From a virus (lineage: Duplodnaviria > Heunggongvirae > Uroviricota > Caudoviricetes), in IMG/VR virus record IMGVR_UViG_3300031414_000001, positions 176,437 through 240,436 of that record: 64,000 nt of DNA; one strand, 5' to 3'. Positions 9,989-18,080 of the stretch are shown here, in pieces (position 1 is the first letter of the stretch; each line of letters begins with the position of its first letter). The notes under the pieces were generated by a model. The model was not told the origin of the DNA and made no database searches. It saw only the letters and a program-made list of their open reading frames with translations. The translations under genes and the position numbers were made by a program.

Positions 9989-10134
9989 TGCCTAACTCCG
10001 TTAGTCAAGAATTTTCGTTAGTACTCACGTTGTTCGTACTTAACTCAATTCCTATAAACTATTTAATACGTTTAACACTGTTTATACTGACGGGGTTTGT
10101 TGATCTATTTGCATCCCCCCACAAAAGGGGAACG

Positions 10135-10160
10135 AAAAAAAAGTCAGAACTAAGCTGACG
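10135..10160 (-). terminator. intrinsic terminator candidate
   Basis: GTCAG-cttagtt-CTGAC followed by 8 U on the minus strand. Confidence 0.6.
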
Positions 10161-10605
10161 GTGGTAGTCTTACCATCTGAATTTGTAGATTTCACTCAAA
10201 TTTTGGACGGATCTATATTGTCTAAAATTTGTAGTAAACACTGGCGGGTTGTCCGGTTTCCAGTTACTACAGTCGCATACAACGGTCGGAGTTTTCTCAT
10301 TGCTCCGCATATAGTACTTGCTAATTCAGCAACAGGTACTATTGATATTCCGTAGAATATCTCCCTTTTAACAGGTGAGTATGCCTCTAATGCCTATCTA
10401 GTGCGTTCATGTCAAGGACGCATTTAAAGTGCCGCATTGCCGTGGGTGGTACAAACTATGCCAACTCCTAACGGGTAAAATATATTGCACTCGTACTGAT
10501 TGAACTACTCAACTGCTGTTTACTTTTCAACGAGATCAGGTTCAAACTATTCCATTTCTGGATCAATCAGAGTTTTAAAACTATGAAGACCTTTTTAGGA
10601 TCTTC
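10135..10605. ncRNA. candidate large structured non-coding RNA or structured DNA element
   Basis: ORF-free region of at least 8 hairpins, between a minus-strand promoter (10612-10640) and a minus-strand terminator (10135-10160). Strand is ambiguous; see findings. Confidence 0.55.
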
Positions 10606-10611
10606 ATGTAC

Positions 10612-10640
10612 ATTATACCAGAACTTTTCGTTCTGTTCCA
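10612..10640 (-). promoter_or_regulatory. promoter TGGAAC-N17-TATAAT with extended -10
   Basis: TGGAAC agaacgaaaagttctgg TATAAT. Confidence 0.65.
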
Positions 10641-10647
10641 TTTATTT

Positions 10648-10911
10648 TCAATCTTTGTAAAAATTATCGTTGTACGATTGTGTCTTTACTAGATATTCTG
10701 GATCGATGTTTTCAGGCTTGATATTGTCGTTCAGGAACTTAATTGCCTTTTCTTCAGTACTGAATATTAATCGTTCATTAGTACCTTTAGCACATAAGAA
10801 ACGACTATGATCATAATCATATTCGTCAAAGTCTTGCATACAACAAACCGTAATAATATCATCATTATCACCTATCCGAATTAGGCGATAGTATACATCA
10901 TTGTCATCCAT
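10648..10911 (-). CDS. hypothetical protein
   Basis: 87-aa ORF with GAGGA SD. Confidence 0.65.
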   Translation of the reverse strand: MDDNDVYYRLIRIGDNDDIITVCCMQDFDEYDYDHSRFLCAKGTNERLIFSTEEKAIKFLNDNIKPENIDPEYLVKTQSYNDNFYKD

Positions 10912-10921
10912 TATTTAATCC

Positions 10922-11308
10922 TCACATATATAGTCGTTTTAAATCATTTGGTGAACGATCAAAGAACTTTTCGATGAAATCAATGTCTTCAAAGATGGAT
11001 GGTTCAAGATCATGTTCATAGTACGCACGTTTGCTGTACTTTTCAGTACCGTTGTACGCAATCTTAATCGGAAGTACTGTTTGTCCTTCGTCATTCAATG
11101 TATACGTACAGGCTAATTTAATATATTTCTTTTCATTTTCGAGATTATTCTTATGAAAAGCAAGTTCTAGACCTTCTAAATGACTATAAGAATCTTCTTC
11201 CTTAACCATGTTGATTGTAATGGTTACATGCTTCTCATAACCTAAATCGGTGATGTTTTTAGTACAAGCGGTAACTTCCAGGTTATCAAAGTTAATATCT
11301 TTCAGCAT
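10922..11308 (-). CDS. hypothetical protein
   Basis: Start moved to ATG 11308 (GGAG SD) because the ORF-track ATG at 11353 lies inside the -10 box of the promoter. Confidence 0.6.
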   Translation of the reverse strand: MLKDINFDNLEVTACTKNITDLGYEKHVTITINMVKEEDSYSHLEGLELAFHKNNLENEKKYIKLACTYTLNDEGQTVLPIKIAYNGTEKYSKRAYYEHDLEPSIFEDIDFIEKFFDRSPNDLKRLYM

Positions 11309-11351
11309 TCTAAGCTCCAAACGAAAAAAAGGAAATCTCACGATTTCCTTC

Positions 11352-11380
11352 ATTTTACTTCAAAATTTGGTTCCTGTCAA
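11352..11380 (-). promoter_or_regulatory. sigma70 promoter TTGACA-N17-TAAAAT
   Basis: TTGACA ggaaccaaattttgaag TAAAAT. Confidence 0.75.
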
Positions 11381-11695
11381 CTACTTTTTAGGAACTTCTT
11401 TAATTTCTTGTGTACCAATTATAGTACGAACAAGTTGGTTGTGCATAGCAGCACACTTGTTATAGTAGTCTTGCCAATCACGTAGAACCCGATACATCTC
11501 TTGACCATTATATACCTTCTCACCTTTGTCATTTAAGACGAAATTTTCAGGAATTGGTGTATCAGTACCGCATAGTTGTATGAGATTGGTTTGTTCGATT
11601 ATTGGTTTATTTTGAACTGGAACAGTTGAACAACCAGTGATTGCTAAAGTACAAGCTAGTACTACAGCAGCAAAAAACATTTTTATCTTGTTCAC
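11381..11695 (-). CDS. o-spanin (Rz1-like outer-membrane lipoprotein)
   Basis: Signal peptide with lipobox LAITG-C; overlaps the 3' end of the i-spanin gene. Confidence 0.75.
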   Translation of the reverse strand: MNKIKMFFAAVVLACTLAITGCSTVPVQNKPIIEQTNLIQLCGTDTPIPENFVLNDKGEKVYNGQEMYRVLRDWQDYYNKCAAMHNQLVRTIIGTQEIKEVPKK

Positions 11696-12060
11696 TTGGT
11701 CTTCTTCCCGTTAATAATATCAGCAGAGTTTTGACGATATTCCTTCAATAAATCAACACCAGCTTGATCCATACATTGTTGTAGGTAAATTGGTTGTTGT
11801 AAAATAGTTTTCTCTTTGATTATAGTGTTTGTCTTAGCATCGGCTAGTAAATCTTTCTGATCTTCTAAGCCCTGAGCCTGAGCACTTTGGTATTTTGAAA
11901 TACCAGCATCAACGATTTTCTCTACTTTTTGGTCTAAACTTTCTTTGTATCCATCGTAATACGTATGGACTTTCCAACCACCAAATACCATGATAATTGT
12001 GTACAGTACGAACGCAACTATGGTAATAGGCAGCTTATATAACTTAATAAAATCTAACAT
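11692..12060 (-). CDS. i-spanin (Rz-like)
   Basis: N-terminal transmembrane helix ending GGWKV, then a coiled-coil periplasmic domain; paired with the lipoprotein gene. Confidence 0.75.
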   Translation of the reverse strand: MLDFIKLYKLPITIVAFVLYTIIMVFGGWKVHTYYDGYKESLDQKVEKIVDAGISKYQSAQAQGLEDQKDLLADAKTNTIIKEKTILQQPIYLQQCMDQAGVDLLKEYRQNSADIINGKKTK

Positions 12061-12100
12061 GGTAGCACCTCTTAATACTTAGGTTATACCATATTTAATG

Positions 12101-12124
12101 AAAAACCCGCCATTTCTGACGGGT
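12101..12124 (-). terminator. intrinsic terminator
   Basis: ACCCG...CGGGT hairpin plus U-tract after the ACP-like gene. Confidence 0.65.
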
Positions 12125-12133
12125 ATTGGATGA

Positions 12134-12541
12134 TTATTTTTCTACAGCCCGTAAAATGTCATTCACAGTACGGAAACCTTCGGCAACCCAATCATCGATC
12201 TCTACATCAAATTCTTCTTCAACTGCCATGACAATTTCAATCATGTCAAGTGAATCCATTTGAAGTTCTTCAACAAGGAATTCCAGTGTTGCATTAGGAA
12301 CAACGTACTCGTTAATCACATCAATATGAGAACCGGACTGTTCTGCGAAAATCTTACGAAGTTTATTCATAGAATGATCCTGGAACTTATATTCACGATT
12401 TACCATTGTATCAATGGTGTTCTGACGAAGTTCTTTAATCTTTTCTTCAACTTGCTGAAGAATCATGTAACGCTCAGCACTGTTCGTTTCATTCAGATAT
12501 ACTGACTCTAACTCACGCAGCACTTGATAAAGATTTGGCAT
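12134..12541 (-). CDS. acyl carrier protein-like protein with N-terminal helical extension
   Basis: LQMDSLDMIEIVMAVEEEFDVEIDD matches the AcpP DSLD phosphopantetheine-attachment motif and helix II. Confidence 0.85.
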   Translation of the reverse strand: MPNLYQVLRELESVYLNETNSAERYMILQQVEEKIKELRQNTIDTMVNREYKFQDHSMNKLRKIFAEQSGSHIDVINEYVVPNATLEFLVEELQMDSLDMIEIVMAVEEEFDVEIDDWVAEGFRTVNDILRAVEK

Positions 12542-13088
12542 GTTTAATCCTCTCTTTGAATCCAGCAGTAACACGAATGAGTAGACGCTGGCAATTGGTT
12601 TCTAGTAATGGACAGTTGTGAAGTACTTTGCTCGTGTACTTATGAGCAGTGTTGGTTGGTGCGATAGCTTCTACCAGTACTTCATTCCTGAGTACATCTT
12701 GTACCGAATTATACCCAATAACGTTGATTGGGTTCATGACGAAGCTAGTACCCTGAACAGTACCGAAAATGATATGTGTCTCCGGTTCAAAGTCATCATG
12801 AATGTCATTAGTACAATCTAAATGATACCCGTACAGTTGTGAACCACTATCACCCGCATTGAGATCACGGACGCGATAATCTACGACAACCTCACGATCA
12901 TCGTATTTTTTGACTTCATCAATCATACGCTGTACTAATTGTGCCATATCTTCGGGGATGTTCGCAAGCACTTTTTTAGGGCTTTCGTATTTAAATTCCT
13001 GTACTGGAAGGTTCTCAGGAACCTCCCAAGTGAACAGATTTAATTCAATACTACCCGTAGGTTGTAACGTATTAATGTCCACAGTCAT
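12513..13088 (-). CDS. putative 2OG-Fe(II) dioxygenase-like protein
   Basis: GYHLD (HxD) ... VLH ... RLLIRV in the order expected for the double-stranded beta-helix fold. Confidence 0.5.
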   Translation of the reverse strand: MTVDINTLQPTGSIELNLFTWEVPENLPVQEFKYESPKKVLANIPEDMAQLVQRMIDEVKKYDDREVVVDYRVRDLNAGDSGSQLYGYHLDCTNDIHDDFEPETHIIFGTVQGTSFVMNPINVIGYNSVQDVLRNEVLVEAIAPTNTAHKYTSKVLHNCPLLETNCQRLLIRVTAGFKERIKHAKSLSSAA

Positions 13089-13551
13089 AGTCTTCTACCG
13101 TTACCTGTACAGTATCACCAGTAAAATCAATAACGATGTTGAAGTTAGTTTCATAAACTACTTCTAGACCATCTTCGAACTTCGCAGCACGAAGAATGTC
13201 TTTAATTTTTTGAGCATCTTCAACAGAAAGATTCTGATTAGATGTTTTATAAGCTGGTGGACATTCTTCTTCATCACGCCAGTACAGACGTTCTACATAT
13301 TCATCAACGGTATCCCACACACGCGGAGCATCCTTTGAAATGAATACTTCAGATGAATGAGTACATTCTTCGCCATCATTCCATTCTGGAGTATAACCCA
13401 AAATGAAAATGTGTTCAAGTGCTGGGAACTGAGCCTTAAGCTCAATACAATCATATTTCAGTTCTTCAATGAATTCAGCCTGAAGCTTAGCTTTCAGTGT
13501 TTTCAGAGAGTCTTGATATCCGGTTACAGCATTTTTTACGTTATCAAACAT
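13072..13551 (-). CDS. GYTP-x-[WF]NDG family paralog 3
   Basis: GYTPEWNDGEECTHSS ... EDYDCGH; start after the TAATATG junction. Confidence 0.7.
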   Translation of the reverse strand: MFDNVKNAVTGYQDSLKTLKAKLQAEFIEELKYDCIELKAQFPALEHIFILGYTPEWNDGEECTHSSEVFISKDAPRVWDTVDEYVERLYWRDEEECPPAYKTSNQNLSVEDAQKIKDILRAAKFEDGLEVVYETNFNIVIDFTGDTVQVTVEDYDCGH

Positions 13552-13552
13552 A

Positions 13553-14050
13553 TTAGTGTCCACAATCATAATCTTCGTGTTTAATGGTAGTTTCTTCAGT
13601 ACTGAAATCAAACATTACCATATAATCAGTGTAATAGATTTCTTCAACAAGATATTCCAGCATGTTTACTAAACGATTAACGGCTGGAGTATCTTCATCA
13701 CTGTAGGTATTTACATCGTCAAAACCTTCCCAATCATAGGCTTCTCCTGATTCAGCAACTTCATCAGGTACTCCCATGAAAGATAGATATGACCATTCAT
13801 CATATTCAGCAAATTCACGGAAGCCACGATCCGTGTACCATGAATAGCTACTATGAGTACAAGCGTCACCATCGTTGAACCCTGGAGTATAACCATAGAT
13901 TACCAGTTTATTCATACCTGGAATAGCTTTTAATTGAGCAGCAACATCTTTTAGTAGTTGCTTTTTGTTATTGCTCAAAAATGAATCCAACTCGCGTTTA
14001 GCAGCATCAGATTTTGATTTCAGTTCTTCAAATTGTTCAAACAGTGACAT
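13553..14050 (-). CDS. GYTP-x-[WF]NDG family paralog 2
   Basis: GYTPGFNDGDACTHSS ... HEDYDCGH. Confidence 0.7.
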   Translation of the reverse strand: MSLFEQFEELKSKSDAAKRELDSFLSNNKKQLLKDVAAQLKAIPGMNKLVIYGYTPGFNDGDACTHSSYSWYTDRGFREFAEYDEWSYLSFMGVPDEVAESGEAYDWEGFDDVNTYSDEDTPAVNRLVNMLEYLVEEIYYTDYMVMFDFSTEETTIKHEDYDCGH

Positions 14051-14051
14051 A

Positions 14052-14468
14052 TTAGTATCCGCAATCGTAGTCTTCGTGTTTAATGGTGATTTCACCATCC
14101 TGGATAATGAATCCAAATTTATAGTTAGTTCCATAGATATGAACTAGAATTTCATCCAGTACTGCCAGTTTAATTTCAATGGCACGACCTTCTTCGTTGC
14201 TGAGATTATTATCATCATAATCTTCAGGAACATCTTCAATGAAATCGCGAATATCATTGTCCATGTAACGAATCTGAATATCGCTACTATGTTCACATGC
14301 TTCACCATCATTCCATCCTGGAGTATAACCAACGATCATACCATTGGTTAACCCTAGATGTTGAACACCCAATTCCTGAATGAATTGTTTCATGATTTCG
14401 TCATGATGTTCATTAAGGAGAGTGGTATATACTTCACGAGCAGTTTTAAATTGTTCTAAGAGGTTCAT
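14052..14468 (-). CDS. GYTP-x-[WF]NDG family paralog 1
   Basis: GYTPGWNDGEACEHSS ... HEDYDCGY. Confidence 0.7.
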   Translation of the reverse strand: MNLLEQFKTAREVYTTLLNEHHDEIMKQFIQELGVQHLGLTNGMIVGYTPGWNDGEACEHSSDIQIRYMDNDIRDFIEDVPEDYDDNNLSNEEGRAIEIKLAVLDEILVHIYGTNYKFGFIIQDGEITIKHEDYDCGY

Positions 14469-15718
14469 TATTTGATTCCATACCACTGCATCTCGCGGAG
14501 TTCAATTAGCAGTTTTGCTGCCTTTTTAATATCTGGAGAGTGTGGTAATACAGATTGTTTATATAGTACTTCACGGATGTACTGGTCTTTCTCTTGCCAG
14601 TATTCCATCATTTCTTCGAACGTCCACGCACCATTACGGATAGCAAGAAGTTCTTCTGCGTCAGGTCGTTTAACATGAACTTCACCAGTAGTTAATGCTT
14701 CTTCCGCAGTACGCATTAGACGAACGACATGCATCGCATGTTTTGTATCGTAGCCGTTCAATTGTTCTAACTCAGAACGTGCTTCGTTACGGTTTGCTTT
14801 CCATGTATGATAGTTATGACGGTTGTCAGAACTTTTCTCGTATTCTTCCTTGTTGAATTTGACGATCAGCTTAGGCTGTTCTTTTACTTCTTCAAGTGAT
14901 AGATTACTCGTATCAATACGATGAATGCTACCATCATCATTCAGTGTACGACCACCTTCTTTTGGAACAACACCAAACGTGTTATCACCATAAGGAACTA
15001 GCTGATAACCATGATTATAGTTCAGGATTGTGAAGTCACGATCCAGTACTTGATAATCGAAATAGTTATGAACCAGTTTGATGAAGTGATACTGCTTCAA
15101 TGGCTGAGTACTCAACATCTGTAGAGAAGCATTACGTAACTGTTTCTCGAAATGGAAATCCATTGGAGTTTTGATGTACTGACCACGACCACTTTCTACG
15201 TTTAGTAGACCTAAAACATAGTCAGGGAAGGTATCACCAATCCACTGAATACTTTGTTCACATTGGAATGCGTCAAAGAATTCCTGTAGAATACGAACAC
15301 CAGTACGTTCACGATCCATCCAACCATGATGGTTTTTCATACGTTTAGCCTGGTTATGAGCATAGCCAGTATAGGTGAACGCGATTTTAGAAGACAGTAG
15401 TTCTCCACGAGCAGCACGAAGATGATCGTACAAACCAGTACTAACTTGAATGTCTGCTTCATCAACCCACAAAGATTCGAGGATGTTAGGGTTCGCATCC
15501 AGATACAGTTTCATGTAGTTGTTAAGTTCGTAGTACTTAGTATCTTCTTCTTTTGTGTCTGAAACTTCATTAACAGTGAAGAACGGAGTTAAGATGAATT
15601 TTTTATCAGCCATGAAGATACCGCGAAAATCGGTATCTGATGTAGGAGTACTAGTACCGTAAGCCTGGGAACCTGCCAGGTGTCGGACAATAAGATTGTC
15701 TAAATGATTATCTGCCAT
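14468..15718 (-). CDS. DNA polymerase beta-superfamily nucleotidyltransferase (RlaP/YcgL-like)
   Basis: HLAGSQAYGTSTPTSDTDFRGIF, ANPNILESLW, YDTKHAMHVVRLM, LLAIRNG. Confidence 0.85.
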   Translation of the reverse strand: MADNHLDNLIVRHLAGSQAYGTSTPTSDTDFRGIFMADKKFILTPFFTVNEVSDTKEEDTKYYELNNYMKLYLDANPNILESLWVDEADIQVSTGLYDHLRAARGELLSSKIAFTYTGYAHNQAKRMKNHHGWMDRERTGVRILQEFFDAFQCEQSIQWIGDTFPDYVLGLLNVESGRGQYIKTPMDFHFEKQLRNASLQMLSTQPLKQYHFIKLVHNYFDYQVLDRDFTILNYNHGYQLVPYGDNTFGVVPKEGGRTLNDDGSIHRIDTSNLSLEEVKEQPKLIVKFNKEEYEKSSDNRHNYHTWKANRNEARSELEQLNGYDTKHAMHVVRLMRTAEEALTTGEVHVKRPDAEELLAIRNGAWTFEEMMEYWQEKDQYIREVLYKQSVLPHSPDIKKAAKLLIELREMQWYGIK

Positions 15719-15819
15719 GTTGCTTCCTTATTGGAAAATCCAAAATGTTATATACAATCACTATAGGAGACTTTTTACGATTTCTTCCTTGAGATTGTTT
15801 ATATTGTAATGAATTAGTA

Positions 15820-16713
15820 TTATAGATAGTTTTCTCGCCCATACTGTAAAAGCCTTTCGATTATTAAATTATAGTACTGTTCGGACTTTTCAATAAGAAC
15901 GCAATTACGATTAAGCTGTACAGCACTTAACGCAGTTGTACCTGAACCACCAAATGGATCAAGAATCCAGTCTTGTTCTTCAGTACTGAGTTTGATAAAG
16001 AAATTAGGAATGTCGATAGGGTAAACCGCAGGATGACCAATATTTAAATTACTGGTGCTACAGGTTAGAACGTTACTTGGTCGTACCATATCTTCAGCAA
16101 CACGCTTAGACATATTCATAGTACTACCATTAGTGACGTTGTGCTCGCCTTTATTCTTTCGTTTCTTTTCACTTTCCAGATATTTTGAAGTACTTTGTAC
16201 CTTCACTTCATCAGGAAAGAATTTGTATTTTGAGGTGTGATTAAACTGATAGATTCGTTCGAAACCATCCTTCAATCGAGTTTTAGCACCAGTTGGAAAT
16301 GGATTTGTCTTATTCCAAATGTACTCGTCACTCCAATTATAATTCTCAGACATACCAATAATGGTTCGATACACATAGGTATCACGATGACCTTTATCAA
16401 CATGTTCTTTGATATTGAAGAAGTACGAGCCATCTTCATGAATGACGTTCATAATATCAGTACTGATATTTTTGTACCATTCAGGAAAGTCTTCAGGGCT
16501 TATGCTGTCGTATACATCTTTACGTTGTTCGGCATATGGAGGGGAGGTAATAGCAGAATTGAATTTGAGTTCAGATTCATGTAACTCCTTAAGCACTTCA
16601 GCACAATCACCGTTGATTACAATGATTGTGTTGTTTCCCATTTCGATAACTTGATGCGGGGATTGTCCGGTGTATTCCATGTTTTCCTTATGAGTACTTG
16701 TCAAGTATCCCAT
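15820..16713 (-). CDS. beta-class amino DNA methyltransferase, probably N4-cytosine
   Basis: Catalytic TSPPY precedes the SAM-binding LDPFGGSGTT; HPAVYP motif; IWNK motif. Confidence 0.92.
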   Translation of the reverse strand: MGYLTSTHKENMEYTGQSPHQVIEMGNNTIIVINGDCAEVLKELHESELKFNSAITSPPYAEQRKDVYDSISPEDFPEWYKNISTDIMNVIHEDGSYFFNIKEHVDKGHRDTYVYRTIIGMSENYNWSDEYIWNKTNPFPTGAKTRLKDGFERIYQFNHTSKYKFFPDEVKVQSTSKYLESEKKRKNKGEHNVTNGSTMNMSKRVAEDMVRPSNVLTCSTSNLNIGHPAVYPIDIPNFFIKLSTEEQDWILDPFGGSGTTALSAVQLNRNCVLIEKSEQYYNLIIERLLQYGRENYL

Positions 16714-17287
16714 CTTTGAATTTTTCTACGATGCGTAGTTCTTCCATTATTTTTTGTTGCTTAATGATTTCAGCCTCAGCATCTTTGGCATCTTTGATCG
16801 CATTATATACTTCTTCGAACCAAACATGATCAGCACCACCGAATAGTACTACATCCTGAATTTTAGTTTGTTTATTTTCCAGAATGAAGTAATGATTCAG
16901 AATCGTATCATGTAGAATACGAGGATCTGGATCATCATTTGTGTGACCATAAATCGCAGTTCGCATGTGATGAACAGATTGTAAGTACGTTTTCAGTACT
17001 ACATCAGTTTCAGGAATCATCAATCGTACTATTTCTGAATTACGGTCAAACGCACGAATTGGTGTAAGAATATCAAAACGATTGACATTCGTCGCAATTG
17101 TTTTCAAAAGATTATACTTCTTCATTGGTAATGAAGATAGTTGACTTTTCATGAAAATAATATGAGAACGACGCTGAGCACGAACACGTGCTGTCGGAAT
17201 CGCGTTAATGAATTCTTTCAGGAGTTTCGTATTCTTACGCAGAATAAGAAACATCAGTTTCATATTTGAAAATTTCTTTTCTGACAT
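16688..17287 (-). CDS. hypothetical protein, LRK-motif family
   Basis: LILRKNTKLLKE...HIIFMKSQLS. Confidence 0.65.
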   Translation of the reverse strand: MSEKKFSNMKLMFLILRKNTKLLKEFINAIPTARVRAQRRSHIIFMKSQLSSLPMKKYNLLKTIATNVNRFDILTPIRAFDRNSEIVRLMIPETDVVLKTYLQSVHHMRTAIYGHTNDDPDPRILHDTILNHYFILENKQTKIQDVVLFGGADHVWFEEVYNAIKDAKDAEAEIIKQQKIMEELRIVEKFKDGILDKYS

Positions 17288-17778
17288 TAGCGAAACTCCG
17301 ACAAAATATCCATACGCTTTTCTTCGATCTCACGTTCTTTCAGAAGACGTTTCTGATGTTCCTGAGCACGAATCAAGCAACCAAATGCTACAATGAAAGC
17401 ATGATGATCAGTACCTTCAAAGATAACCACATTGTTAGACATTACATTTTTATGATACACAATAAAGTGATTTCCAGTATTGTTATCAATTAAAGTAGGA
17501 TGCCCGTACTGAGATACGTTATTTCCACTTTTCTCATTTTCATTTTCAATAGTACTGGTGAACGCTTGAATAGTCGCATTCGAAGACGAGAAACGATCAA
17601 TCTCAGTTGCCATAACACGAATCATGTTACGCAGAGTTGGCTGTAGTTTGGAATACTGATATTTCATATGTATAACAAACTTACGGTCATCATCAGTCTT
17701 AACGTCTTCTTTCAGGACGTTATTACTTTTACGAAGGATTGCGAATAGCAAATCAGATTTTTTCATTTGAACCCTCAT
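17287..17778 (-). CDS. hypothetical protein, LRK-motif family
   Basis: AILRKSNNVLKE...FVIHMKYQYS. Confidence 0.65.
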   Translation of the reverse strand: MRVQMKKSDLLFAILRKSNNVLKEDVKTDDDRKFVIHMKYQYSKLQPTLRNMIRVMATEIDRFSSSNATIQAFTSTIENENEKSGNNVSQYGHPTLIDNNTGNHFIVYHKNVMSNNVVIFEGTDHHAFIVAFGCLIRAQEHQKRLLKEREIEEKRMDILSEFR

Positions 17779-18080
17779 TCTTCATTAAGCATTTCAACTA
17801 TCGTATTGAAAACTTCAATTATCACATCTCCGTGGCATTCCAGCGGAGCACAAGAACAACCAATGCGTAGCCCACTAAGGCTCAAAACGTCATCGGTTGT
17901 TATTGTACCATTCTCCAGGCATTCGTACAAGTACTCTCGGTACATTTGTATAGAAACTTGGCGAGAAATTCCCGCTCCTGGGTCTAGGGGAAACGGATTT
18001 CCCCATATTGTACCACGCCCGATGTAAATGTCAAACTCGCCTTTGTGACGATTGACAAGGACAGGGGTAACGTATTCCAT
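17775..18080 (-). CDS. DUF4326 family protein
   Basis: DIYIGRGTIWGNPF...LRIGCSCAPLECHGDVI. Confidence 0.85.
   Translation of the reverse strand: MEYVTPVLVNRHKGEFDIYIGRGTIWGNPFPLDPGAGISRQVSIQMYREYLYECLENGTITTDDVLSLSGLRIGCSCAPLECHGDVIIEVFNTIVEMLNEE

Noticed and set aside
10135-10605. Identity as tmRNA, tRNA cluster, RNase P RNA or group I intron
   Set aside because: I could not find tRNA T-loop/CCA ends, a tmRNA tag frame, RNase P P4 motifs or convincing group I P7 (R/S) elements, and it does not interrupt a gene. Left as unknown.
13551-14486. Long N-terminal extensions on the three NDG paralogs in the ORF track
   Set aside because: They are in-frame read-backs into the previous paralog's 3' end; the true starts follow the TAATATG junctions.
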